NCBI RefSeq assembly: GCF_006345805.1
Contig: NW_021832863.1
Location: 30,128 to 94,127 of the forward strand
Length of the DNA: 64,000 nucleotides
Direction of reading: 5' to 3'
Source of the DNA: Octopus sinensis
Lineage: Eukaryota
Within the stretch, counting starts at the first letter, position 1; every line of letters starts with the position of its first letter. The translations under genes were made by a program, and so were the position numbers. Below, piece after piece: positions 38,578-50,753 of this stretch. The notes under the pieces were generated by a model, which had not been told where the DNA came from, did not search any database, and saw only the letters and a list, made by a program, of their open reading frames with translations.

Positions 38578-39357
38578 TTTCTTTATTGCCCACAAGGGGC
38601 TAAACATGGAGGGGACAAACAAGGACAGACAAAGGGATTAAGTCGATTATATCGACTCAGTGCGAAACTGGTACTTTATTTATCGACTCCGAGAGGATGA
38701 AAGGCAAAGTCGACCCCGGCGGAATTTGAACTCTGAACGTTACGACAGACGAAATACCTATTTCTTTATTACCCACAAGGGGCTAAACATGGAGGGGACA
38801 AACAAGGACAGACAAAGGGATTAAGTCGATTATATCGACTCAGTGCGAAACTGGTACTTTATTTATCGACTCCGAGAGGATGAAAGGCAAAGTCGACCCC
38901 GGCGGAATTTGAACTCTGAACGTTACGACAGACGAAATACCTATTTCTTTATTACCCACAAGGGGCTAAACACAGAGGGGACAAACAAGGACAGACATAG
39001 GTATTAAGTCGATTACATCGACCCCAGTGCGTAACTGGTACTTAATTTATCGACCCCGAAAGGATGAAAGGCAAAGTCGACCCCGGCGGAATTTGAACTC
39101 TGAACGTAACGACAGACGAAATACCTATTTCTTTATTACCCACAAGGGGCTAAACACAGAGGGGACAAACAAGGACAGACAAAGGTATTAAGTCGATTAC
39201 ATCGACCCCAGTGCGTAACTGGTACTTAATTTATCGACCCCGAAAGGATGAAAGGCAAAGTCGACCTCGGCGGAATTTGAACTCACAACGTAACGCAGAC
39301 GAAATACCGCTAAGCATTTCGTCCGGCGCGCTAACGTTTCTGCCAGGTCGCCGCCCT
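38578..39357 (-). mobile_element. SINE family B, four tandem units with 13-bp TSD
   Basis: cggacacacgtat at 38560-38572 and 39358-39370; three internal junctions. Confidence 0.93.
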
Positions 39358-39892
39358 CGGACACACGTATATAAGTACGTTTCTCTCTCTATACGTGTGT
39401 GCAAGTATGTCTGTCTGTCTGCGTGTGGATTCGTAATGCAGGCGGAATATATGTACGAGCATCCCCCTTATGGACTCCAGCATACAGCAACATATTTAAT
39501 GATTAATAAAGATTAAGAAAAGAAGCTCAAACGGAAATATGCTAAACATTGCCCAAAATGCAAAAACGATATTTTTAAGTAAAAGCTTCTCTTTGCATTA
39601 TACGCACACACATACACACGTATGTGCGTGCGTACAAATCCAGACACACATAAGCACATACTTACATAAAAGTGCGCGTACACACAGAAATACACACACA
39701 TGCTTCTAAAATGTATATAAAACTGGATCCCATTAGGCTATATGCATGGTCTGGTGTTAAGCCATATTTATAATAATTACCTTATTCAGATAACATATAC
39801 ATAATATTAAATAATATTTTGCGTGTTGCGAGCAGATGATTTCGATCTTTATAAATTGCTTCTGAGAGGTCTAACAAGCCAATTGATATTAA

Positions 39893-39931
<39 letters not shown>

Positions 39932-39974
39932 TATTTTTATAATATCAATACATATAAACATATAAATACTATAT

Positions 39975-40005
<31 letters not shown>

Positions 40006-40046
40006 TTCAATATATATATATAGTATATATATATATATATTGTTTT

Positions 40047-40077
<31 letters not shown>

Positions 40078-42226
40078 GTATGTATATATGTATATATATA
40101 TTTAAAATATAAGTTTAGTGTTTTTATTCCCAGTTTCAAATCGCTTTTATAGATTATATGAAAATATATTTACACGAAGGCACAGTATTTCTTGTCAGAG
40201 ACAAGACGTGTAAGCATATTAATTGAATCTCTGATACAATGTAAAAAGCTGTAGAGATTACTACACTAGATAACATCTCTGATCTTGCTGCAATATAAAT
40301 TTAAGCTTTAAATCCTCAGAGCGCATTGACCCACGAATCGAACTATTGTGAAATGAAATTGTTATCGTCTTTCCGGAGAACACATGTCGTAAATCCTCGA
40401 GTATAACGCGTATATTTTTCCCAAAATTTAAAAGTCAAAATCCTCTTGTGCGTACTATATACGAAGTTAAAAATGAAAAATAATTTCTAAGCCAATGTCC
40501 GAGCCTCTATTTGCTGTCCGGCATGTGTTATTCAGACGTATTTTGTGATGTCGGGCGCGAAAATACCTTAAGCTAAGCCTGAAAGCAATGAAGTCCTAAA
40601 AGAATCATCCATAACTTGCAGTAAGCAACATTCATTAAACGTTATTATTGTTATTTCTTTATTTTCTGCAAACAAAATGCACAAAAAAGCTACACGCTTG
40701 CATTATGATATATATACAATAATAATAAAGGACGTTACCGTATACAGTTTTACAAACTAAGAACGTTATATAGACCTCCTTGGCTCAAGTTAGAGAAGGG
40801 TTGCGTATTATACACAAGGTTTAGGTTTTTCAGAGGTACAGTATTATACTCAAGGGCGGACTATACTCGATGATTTACAGTACTCTGCCAACGTGTTTTA
40901 TTCCCGAAATTACCGCACTGTTTAGATTTACTACAAAAGGATTTTTATACAAAGATTAAGTCAAGACAGAGCCATGAGTGTATACTCTTTTATTCATTTA
41001 TTGGTTTCAGTCATTTGACTGCTGCATGTTGGAGCACGACCTTTAGTCGAACAAATCGATCGCAGGATTTATTCTTTGTAAGCCTTGTACTTATTCTATC
41101 AATCTTTTTAGCCGAACCACTACTCGATGGCGGGGGATAAACACAGACACACAAATATATACATACATATGTATACGTTTTTCATTTTATTTCAAATCCG
41201 AAAAAAAGTCTATGGTGTATACTTTTAACTTGAAATTCTATATTTCGAGTTATAATACCTTCTTCAGGACATCTTCGGAGAAACTCAACCTGAAACCAAG
41301 GGTTGCAAAGCGAGTTTGTAAACCACAAAGTCACGTTACCCTCTGTTCAGTTTATGTTTCTTGCGTAACATCCAGTGTACAATACACATAAAATGATGAC
41401 TGCTTTTAAGGCGGCGAGGTGGCAGAATTGTTAGTCTGTGGGACAAAATGCATCGCGGCATTTCGTCCGTATTAACTTTCTGAGTTCAACTTCCACCGAG
41501 GTCTACTTTGCCTTTCATCCTTTCGGAGTCGATACAATAAAAACCGGTTGATTGCTGGGATCGAAAAAGTCGACTTACCTCATTTCGCGATATTTACAAG
41601 CCTTGTGCTAAAACTAGAAAGCTGATGTTTTTGCATAACTTTTGCGTTAGTGTACTGCATAGGGCATCCGCTTACAATGTGATTTACCGCTTCTCGTTTC
41701 ATTCCTCATAGTCTACATATAGGTTATTTTACAGTTTTCTCCATGTTATATCTCACATAACTAATTCATAACGCATGCTTTTATGCTGCACATATGAAGG
41801 CTTGCGTTTTGACCACAAGGTCTCATCTTCGCATCCTTTCCAAACGCATTTGCTTATCTACTCCATTTTTCACGCCTCTTATATATTACCCATGGATCAT
41901 TTTACCTATTCAATTTTTCTCTCTGTCACTTCTATTTATTTTCTTATAATCATTCTTTTCAATGGTCCGTTAAATGCCGTATTGTTTTATTGATATCAGC
42001 CAAGGTTCAACATTGTTCTTTATACACTCAACACGATTGCTTTCTCTTCTTTTTATGCTGTTTTCACAGTTTATCAAACCTCTTTCACTTCTTACGGGAA
42101 TGAGATAAGTCTTATCGACGGTTTTTGATATCCCATTTATGGGTGATGCATTTCATGTTATAATATTCATTTTCCCAATCCCTTAAATACTCCATTTGAT
42201 AAACCACAACATCGAAATATACCACG

Positions 42227-42284
<58 letters not shown>

Positions 42285-42287
<3 letters not shown>

Positions 42288-42443
42288 TAGTTTTATTTTT
42301 ATAGCGTGCTTTCACTTCACTACCGAGCGCAGCTCTGTGTGCCTTGGGTATGTGCTGTGATTTGTTGTGATGCTCTGATGGTTATTGTATGGAAAGTGTT
42401 CTGCGTAGGATGTGGGCAGTGCCTAGTAGTGCAATTTTCTGTA
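42285..42443 (-). mobile_element. R4/Dong-type LINE, extreme 3' end only, in (TTA)n
   Basis: Nearly identical to 42580-42738. Confidence 0.85.
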
Positions 42444-42536
42444 TTATTATTATTATTGTTGTTGTTGTTGCTGTTTTTGTTGTTGTTGTTGTTGTAGTTA
42501 TTATTATTGTTGTTGTTGTTATTATTATTATTATTA

Positions 42537-42579
<43 letters not shown>

Positions 42580-42582
<3 letters not shown>

Positions 42583-43175
42583 TAGTTTTATTTTTATAGC
42601 GTGCTTTCACTTCACTACCGAGCGCAGCTCTGTGTGCCTTGGGTATGTGCTGTGATTTGTTGTGATGCTCTGATGGTTATTGTATGGAAAGTGTTCTGCG
42701 TAGGATGTGTGCAGTGCCTAGTAGTGCAATTTTCTGTATGTTATATGTGTTTGTAAGTCCTGGTGTTTTTGTTATGTATTTGTCTGAATATTTTTTTATC
42801 ATGCCTAATGCACCTACTATGATAGGAATTGTTTCTGTTTTCAGGTTCCACATTCTAGTTATCTCTATTTCCAGGTCTTTGTATTTTGAGAGTTTCTCCA
42901 TTTCTTTTAGAGACACGTTGTCATCTGCTGGTATTGATACATCAATTAGAAAGCATTTTTTTTCTTCATGATCTCTGACAACTATATCTGGTATGTTGGC
43001 CTTAATTTCTCTATCTGTGTGTATCGGCATATCCCAGAGTATGGTTGCTTTCTCGTTTTCTGTGACCTTTTCTGGTGTGTGCCTATACCATCTTTTTTCT
43101 GTTGTTATTCCATAATGTTGGCATAGCTTCCAATGTATGTAGGTTCCAACTCTGTCATGTCTGTGAATATATTCC
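42580..43175 (-). mobile_element. R4/Dong-clade non-LTR retrotransposon 3' fragment (restriction-like endonuclease domain), in (TTA)n
   Basis: Uninterrupted frame EYIHRHDRVGTYIHWKLC...WYRHTPEKVTENEKATILWD...PDIVV...LIDVSIP...KEMEKLSKY...GALG...QKIALLGTAHILR (RHD and PD..D..K motifs). (TTA)n on both sides. Confidence 0.9.
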
Positions 43176-43231
<56 letters not shown>

Positions 43232-43234
43232 TTA

Positions 43235-43490
43235 AGGCATCGTGCTGGCAGAATCGTTAGCATGCCGGGCGAAATGCTTAGCAGTATTTCGATGCTGGTA
43301 TGTTCTGAGTTCAAATTCCGCCGAGGTTGACTTTGCCTTTCATCCTTTCGGGGTTGATTAAATAAGTACCAGTTACCCACTGAGGTCGATATAATCGACT
43401 TTATCCGTTTGTCTGTCCTTGTTTGTCCCCCCTGTGTTTAGCCCCTTGTGGTTAGTAAAGAAATAGGTATTTCGTCTGCCGACAAGGGCG
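43235..43490 (+). mobile_element. SINE family B, one unit plus the start of a second
   Basis: Ends aaagaaataggtatttcgtctgccg. Confidence 0.9.
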
Positions 43491-43842
43491 GCAAGTGATA
43501 CAGTAATAGCCGAGTTAAAGTGAGTGTGCTGAAGCATGTGTGTGTATATGTGACGATAATATGTGCATGTGTATATGTGTGCATGCGTGTGTGCGTATGT
43601 TTGTGTGTATGGCCAGCATGTGTGTGTGGGCAAACATGAAGATAATTTGAGCATGTGTATGTGTATGCATGTGTATGTACGTGCGGGAATAAACAAGTAT
43701 ATGTGTGTGTGCTGCGTGCATTTCTGTATGTGTCTGTGGACGTGTGGGGATGATTGAGGCTGTTTAACATGTGTGTGTGTGTGTGTATGTGTGTGTGTGC
43801 ATATATATGTAAGTTTGTGTGTGGGTGGAAACACGTACGTAG

Positions 43843-44574
43843 CGCGTGCGTGCATGTGTGTGTTTGTGCATGACGTGTGTGTGTGTGAGACACTGTTGTG
43901 TGTGTGTGTGGTGTGTATTATGTACGCTAATGCGTGAATATTGTGTGTGTTTACGCATGTGTATGTATGTGAGTGAAGTGCGTTATCAGCTTGTGTGCGT
44001 ATATGGGGCTGTTGGATAAAGTGTGTGTGTGTGTGTATGGAGATGATATGCATGTGTGGGACTATCTGATGTTTGTGTGGGTTGTGGGGGGATGTATGAG
44101 CTGAACCTGGATAGAGGTACGATGTGAAATAGGGGTGGCAGGATGTTTCGTCGCTCTGACCGCATCTCGGGCAGGTCGGCACCGTGTTTCTCGAGCCACA
44201 CCTGTAGAGCTTATCGCGAACTGATAGCGCTTCTCGATAGCACTGCCAGGCCAGGGATCTCTGCAAGATATCCATAGGTCCCGGCCCGAAAGTCGTCTTG
44301 AACAGGCGGGTCAGGTATTCCTCGTTGACGCCCAGGTTCGCCCACACAAACATCAGATAGTCCCACACATACATATCATCTCTATACACACACACACACT
44401 TTATCCAACAGCCCCATATACGCACACAAGCTGATAACGCACTTCACTCACATACATACACATGCGTAAACACACACAATATTCACGTATTAACGTACAT
44501 AATAAACACCACACGCACACAACAGTGTCTCACACACACACACGTCATGCACAAACACACAGATGCACGCACGT
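43843..44574. repeat. Inverted repeat (~235-bp arms 43843-44081 and 44341-44574) of degenerate GT/CA-rich sequence
   Basis: Unique words mirrored, e.g. gttatcagcttgtgtgcgtatatggggctgttggataaag / ctttatccaacagccccatatacgcacacaagctgataac. Confidence 0.9.
44145..44343 (-). mobile_element. Inverted 199-bp internal fragment of the adjacent Tx1/L1-type LINE
   Basis: Reverse complement of 45452-45650 with a few substitutions. Confidence 0.92.
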
Positions 44575-44814
44575 GGGAGAAAAGAAGTGAGTGTGGCTGC
44601 TGGTGTGTGTGGAGTGGGAAGAAATGCCTGTGTGCATGTGCGTGTGTGTAGGTGTATGTATATGTGGTAGAGGCACAGTGGTGTGTGTAATGTAAGTACT
44701 AAGACTAACGGTGTAGAGAAAGTGTGTGAGGAGTAGGAGAGAAGAGCAGTGGGGGGATGTGAGTGGTGTGTGTAAATGTGTGTGGCAGTGGGTTTAAGTG
44801 AGCGGAGGTGGGGA

Positions 44815-45090
44815 ATAGAGGCCATGAGGTATTGAAGAATGAAGAGGGAAAATAGAATCCTGATCTCGAGGGAGGCGGAAATCCGGTTGGCCTCCATGCA
44901 AGGATAGTCCAAACGCAGACAGATGTTGTAGGGAATGGTCAGTCGAGCGGAACCAGGGTGTCAATACCAAATTTGCTGTTCCGGAGGCGTTCTGCAAACC
45001 GGTTAGCCCACGTCGGACAGTTTCACCAATGTACAGGGAACATCAGTGAGAGATGTAGTAGATTACACTGCTAGAGGTGCTGGTGAATGA
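44815..45090 (-). mobile_element. Degraded PLE GIY-YIG endonuclease fragment (third PLE type)
   Basis: FTSTSSSVIYYIS...LYIGET...HSLQHLSAFGL...PHGL across frameshifts (cf. SxNVIYxIxC..YIGET..HS...PxGLN). Confidence 0.7.
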
Positions 45091-45250
45091 ATCTGTGATG
45101 TGATAGGGGGGGTGATGGGTGTCGGTAAGGTGTTGGAGAGGTAGGGGCAGATATATGTATATGCATATATTATATATATGCATATGTTACATATATGCAT
45201 TGTATAGGTATATATATTTCACCTCTCTATGTATCTATGAACCTATCTAT

Positions 45251-45329
<79 letters not shown>

Positions 45330-46337
45330 ACACCGCGAGTGTCGCATCGCTCTCAAGCAACTCTGCCGTCCCGGGTCGGCCTTGAGCGACTGCAACACAA
45401 CCAAAACATTCTATAGGGGATTAGTGGAGGGAAACTACGACGTCGATCTCGGGGCGAACCTGGGCGTCAACGAGGAATACCTGACCTGCCTGTTCAAAAC
45501 GACTTTCGGGCCGGGACCTATGGATATCTTGCAGAGATCCCTGGCCTGGCAGTGCTATCGAGAAGCGCTACCTGTTCGGGATAAGCTCTACAGGTGTGGC
45601 TCGAGAAACACGGTGCCGGCCTGCCCGAGATGCGGTCAGATCGACGAAACCGTTCTGCACGCACTCGTGCAGTGTCCAACCATTTCGGACCTGTGGGCCT
45701 ATGTCGAACGACTGCTGTCACGTGTGGGACGAGTCAGTTTATCAGCTGAGTGTATCGTGAATACTGTCATGCCTCCTTCCTTGAAACGGGAAGGAAGAGC
45801 TATTTTTATCATACTTGTGGCTATGGCGAAAGAATGTATCTGGTGGACGCGCCTGAAAAGTCTAAAGACAAACACTTTCCTCTTTTGGTCAATCTCTCAT
45901 CAACTTCTTCAAGTATCACTTTAAGGGGAAGGTGAGAGTAGAGAGGGAAGTTTTGTCTAGTGAATGTTTAAAAAAAAGATGGGTGAATGTAGCAAGGATG
46001 GCACGTGTGAATGATGGAGCCACCTTGAGCATAATCTTGTGAACCAGAAAAAGAAAGGAAAAAAGAGAGTCACTTACTGTAATGTGTTTTTTTTTTTGCA
46101 TGACACTATTGCCCAAATTTCCCGAGGTCTTTTCCGTAGGCTTTTCTTTCCACGGATAAACCTAATGTTTTCCTTTTTTACATTGACATTACTATTGATC
46201 GGCTTTTCTTTTTCTTTTTTTTCACGATCCTTTTTGATCGAAATTCGACCCACTTTTTTTCTCTTCTTCCCCAAAAGAAAAGCTCTACTTTTTATTTTGT
46301 CCTCTCGGTGTTCAGCCCTGTATGGCCAATAAAGAAA
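45330..46337 (+). mobile_element. 5'-truncated Tx1/L1-clade LINE 3' end (zf-RVT CCHC region plus 3' UTR)
   Basis: ALPVRDKL...CPRCGQIDETVLHALVQC motif. One frameshift, stop at about 46041, T-rich UTR, AATAAA at 46328-46333. Flanked by (TATC)n and (TATG)n. Confidence 0.88.
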
Positions 46338-46338
46338 C

Positions 46339-46369
<31 letters not shown>

Positions 46370-47769
46370 TGTATGTATGTATGTATGTATGTATGTATGT
46401 ATGTATGTATGTATGTATCTATCTATCTATCTATTTTCTATAAACAGACCCGATGAAAAATATAGTTTATATAGGTTATTCAATGTTTATAAAGTAACTC
46501 TATATAACATGTAGAGCCGTAGCAGCACAATTCTCATTTAAGAAGGATAATAATTTCAACTAAATTTGTTAGATTTATAAAGAATTCAAATGCTATATAA
46601 CTAGCAGCGCATTCAAATTTTTCTCTCTACAGTCTTGGAAATAAAACTTAGTGAAGAAATTATCAAAATGTAATAATTATATAAGGAAATTTATATAAAA
46701 TTGAAACTAGGAAACCTGAATTGAGGCTACCATCGCTATTGATGTATATCTGCAGATAGTAATCTTTCAGTTCCTTATCATTATATTGCTTCATAGAGAA
46801 ATATCTAACGATTAACAGTTGAAATATATTAGCTCAATAAATAACTGCCTTCGGGTCATAAGTAAAAAGATAACATCCAGCATATCGGTCGAGAGACCAG
46901 TTTAAATATTGCAGGAAAGATCAGATTCGAGACAGGCAGGTCGAAGGTAATCAATTGAAAGATAATAATCTATAGACAATAATTTTACTTTTCTTTCACA
47001 TAATATCTTACATATAAGCGGATTGAAATAGTATTGGAAAATAAACTTAATCTGTTTGAAACCAAAAGTATTCAGTGAGCCAGCGGTTATCCATATTCAT
47101 CTATTGTTCGGTGGATTTGAGAAAACTTTCTTTTGGATAAGGTGATTCTATATAACGTATAATATATCTATAAGAGGATTTGAGCCAAGTACTGTGAACC
47201 AATGAATCTGTTCTAGTCAAATACATGATTTCTAGTACTTAAAGAGCTCAGATTTTACTCAGTATGATATCTGTATCCAATGCGTTTTTTAGTTAAAGTT
47301 CATGTTTTCAAAGAAGGCCTCGCAGTAACGGTTTCATGATAAATGCACTTTCACTTTCGGCTTTTTGTACCTATCTTAAATGAGTGTGCACATCAAATGA
47401 TATTCATATGGGATGTGGAAGAGAAAAAAAAAACGTTACTCATAGAATGTTTAACGGCATTTCGCCCTTCTACACGTTCCGAGTTCAAATTCCGCCGAGG
47501 CTGAATTTGCTTTTCGTTCCTTCGGGATCGATAATATTAGTACTAGTAGAGCAATGGGATCGATGTAATCGACTTACCTTCTTCCTCAGTTTTCCAGGCT
47601 TGTGTCCATAGTAGAAAGAATTACCATTATTTTTTTCTTTAAATGTTAACAGGTTATTTCAATCCTTCGTTGTTTATGCAATTGAAAAGAAACAGAAATT
47701 TCCTCCGACGTAGTAGACTAATTAGGAGAAGCAATTAATAAATTAATCATTTTTTTTTATTTGAAAATT

Positions 47770-48060
47770 TTACTTTTTTAAATAAAATTTCTTCGTCATT
47801 GTTTTAAAATCTTTAAAGCAAGGCGTCATAATCGCCATCATCGCCATCGATATCTTTATAAGGCACTCCACGTCTTCACCATCACCATCACCACCACCAA
47901 CACCACCACCGCAATCATCAACGTCATCACCATCTTCGACATCATCGTCATTACCACCACCGCTCTCTTCCTCTTTCTTCACCTCCCCTTCCGCCTCTTG
48001 CTCATCATCATCATCATTATCATCATCAATGTCAGCGTCATCAATATCGTTGTCATCATT
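47770..48060. repeat. (CAT)/(CAC) low-complexity block
   Basis: Directly visible. Confidence 0.85.
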
Positions 48061-48907
48061 GACGTTAACACATCATATATATATATATATATATTTATAA
48101 AGCTGAAGTTGTCTGTGTATGGCAGGTTTGGTAGCCTTCAAGTAACACTATCTCCTCCGAGACTCTGCGGCACAAGTTGACCAAAATTGAGAGTATGATA
48201 GAAGAGGGCTTGCTCTTCCTCCGTAGTAGAAAAAATTCAAATCAGACCATGTTAACACCAAAAATTATCTACATCAAAAGGATGCTATTTTTCTATGAAA
48301 ATCCCTATTTTTTTACGATTTTTTGACTGCTGTGTCGCCATTTTTCGGTGTATTTAAACCAGAAAATGTTCACTTAAAGAGAATAACAAGCTACATAATG
48401 CAAAAGTTTTACTTTTAAAAAATTCCAATTCTAAAGGGTCGAAACAAACCCCAGCAACACCGGCCGATACTGCTAGTATTTGTATAAATGTATCTGCCAT
48501 TCCTTTATCTTTTCAATCTGGAAGGAAGGTAGCGCCATCTACAGGGCCTCCGTGACAGATAGGAGATGAACCTAGGGTGGAAGATGGTACCCTTAAATCA
48601 TAAACCTGACTCAAATGGTTGCAACATATTGTACTCCGCTAAAGGTACACGAGGTACTATTTAGCGATGTTAAACAGGGCGATGGAGTAAGTCTAGTACC
48701 CAGGAAGGCTGCGCTGGGATTTGAACCCAGAATGTAAAGATGCATTCAATCCTATGCTGTACCAATTTTAACAATTCGCCAATATTGCTGTCGTTGTTGT
48801 TCTTGTTACAGTTATTTACTCCCAAGTCAAACCTAATCGAACAAATCGATGACCAAATGTATTCGAGTTCCGTCCATTTTAGCTTTTAAATGGTTTGCTA
48901 TGGCTAC

Positions 48908-49084
48908 TCATTTACTTGTTTCAGTCATTTGACTGCGGCCATGCTGGAGCATCGCCTTTAGTCGAGCAAATCGACCCCAGGATTTATTCTTTGTAAGCCT
49001 AGTACTATCGGTGTCTTTTGCCAAACCGCTAAGTTACGATGACGTGAACACACTACCATCGGTTGTCAAGCGATGTTGGGGGAA

Positions 49085-49119
<35 letters not shown>

Positions 49120-49175
49120 ATATATACAACAGGCTTCTTTCAGTTTCCGTCTACCAAATGCACTTACAAGGCATG
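48908..49175 (-). mobile_element. SINE family A, 5'-truncated
   Basis: Tail and internal (CA)n match the other family A copies. Confidence 0.85.
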
Positions 49176-49196
49176 CTAATGTTTCTGTCAGCTCGC

Positions 49197-49239
<43 letters not shown>

Positions 49240-49595
49240 ACCGCTTTCTTTTTCATCGTCTACCATTTCACATTCTCTCTTTTAGTCCCTCCTCCTTCTG
49301 TCTTTTCCGTGCGTAAATAGAATGTAGCTCTTCACTTTTCATTTGACGGTTTTCTCTCTGAAATTCATTGGTTTCGACCTTTTAAATCCAAACATCATTG
49401 GAAAAAAAAAACGCAAAGACAAAAACAAAAGGGAGGAGTTGAACCGGTGATTGATGATCGTTGGCTTGGCTAACTTTCACATTCAGGATCTCAGAATCTG
49501 TGTAATTGATCTAATCAAATTTAAGATAATGGAAGGTGAACTCAGAATAATTACTTCGATTCCAATGAGAGCTTAGACGACAACAACAACATCAG

Positions 49596-49790
49596 TGGAG
49601 ACGCAATGGCTCAGTGGTTAGTGCAGCGGACTCACAGTCGTAAGAATGCGGTTTCGATTCCCAGACCGAGCATTATGAGTGTTTATTGAGCAAAAACACT
49701 TAAGCTCTACGAGGCTCCGCCGAGGGAGAGGGGTGAACCCCTCTGTATTCTTTCAGCACAACTTTCTCTCACTCTTTCTTCCTACTTCTA
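49596..49790 (+). mobile_element. SINE family C, 3'-truncated
   Basis: tggagacgcaatggctcagtggttag...ggtttcgattcccagacc. Confidence 0.85.
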
Positions 49791-50646
49791 CCACAAAGCA
49801 GAGGAGCCATGGTGTAATTCTCTATGGTGTGGTAAACTTTCAGACCCTAGTCTAGATTGCGAATCCTCTGTACCCCAGGATGATTCAGCTCTCTACCCGT
49901 TAAAGAAACCCACTGTTTACGGAATGAGGATAACAACGTAGCTAAGCATTTCGCCCGGCGCGCTAACGATTCTGCCAGCTCGCCACCCTTCCCGTTAAGA
50001 AGCTTATTTGCAAACAAAATAACGAGCTAACAGCATGATACACATTTGTGCTAGAATATCTCCAAGCTACAAAATCCCATTAGTGTTACTCTGCTCAGCT
50101 TTACCTCCATTGAATTTAACCCTTCACTTCACATGAAACAGGAGGATCCAAGGAGATATTCATGAAACTACAAACATGAGTAACTCTGGTGTTACTGGGG
50201 AGATTATTTCAGATTTTTAATATTCTCATCAAGCCCTTTCTGACCCAGCGGTTCTCTGATGGACACATAACAATTCCCACTCCAATAAAGTAATGGGGAA
50301 AGTTTCCAGCCCACCGTTTTTACTAGCGAGAAGGCAAAACAGGGTTTGTGCCCTTTTAATTCTTCTTTGATCACCAAAATGTTGGACAGGTTTGAAAAAT
50401 GTTTGTAACCATCTTAATGTCTTTTAGCTTTTACATGTTTCACTCATTGCACAGCGACCATACTGGGGCACCGCTTTGAAGGGATTAGTCGAACAAATCG
50501 ATCCCAGGACTTATTTTCAAAGTCTGGTGCTTATTCTATCGGTCTCTTTTGTTCAACCGATAATGTACGGGGACGTAAGCAAACGAACAGCAGTTTTCAA
50601 GAGATGGTAGGGCGACAAACACAAGCTCACACACATGCACACACAC

Positions 50647-50682
<36 letters not shown>

Positions 50683-50701
50683 GCACACACACATACACAC
50701 A

Positions 50702-50753
<52 letters not shown>

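Noticed and set aside
46700-47330. CR1/L2-like RT fossil on the minus strand (KNALDTDIILSKI)
   Set aside because: Only one loose motif; too degraded to support.
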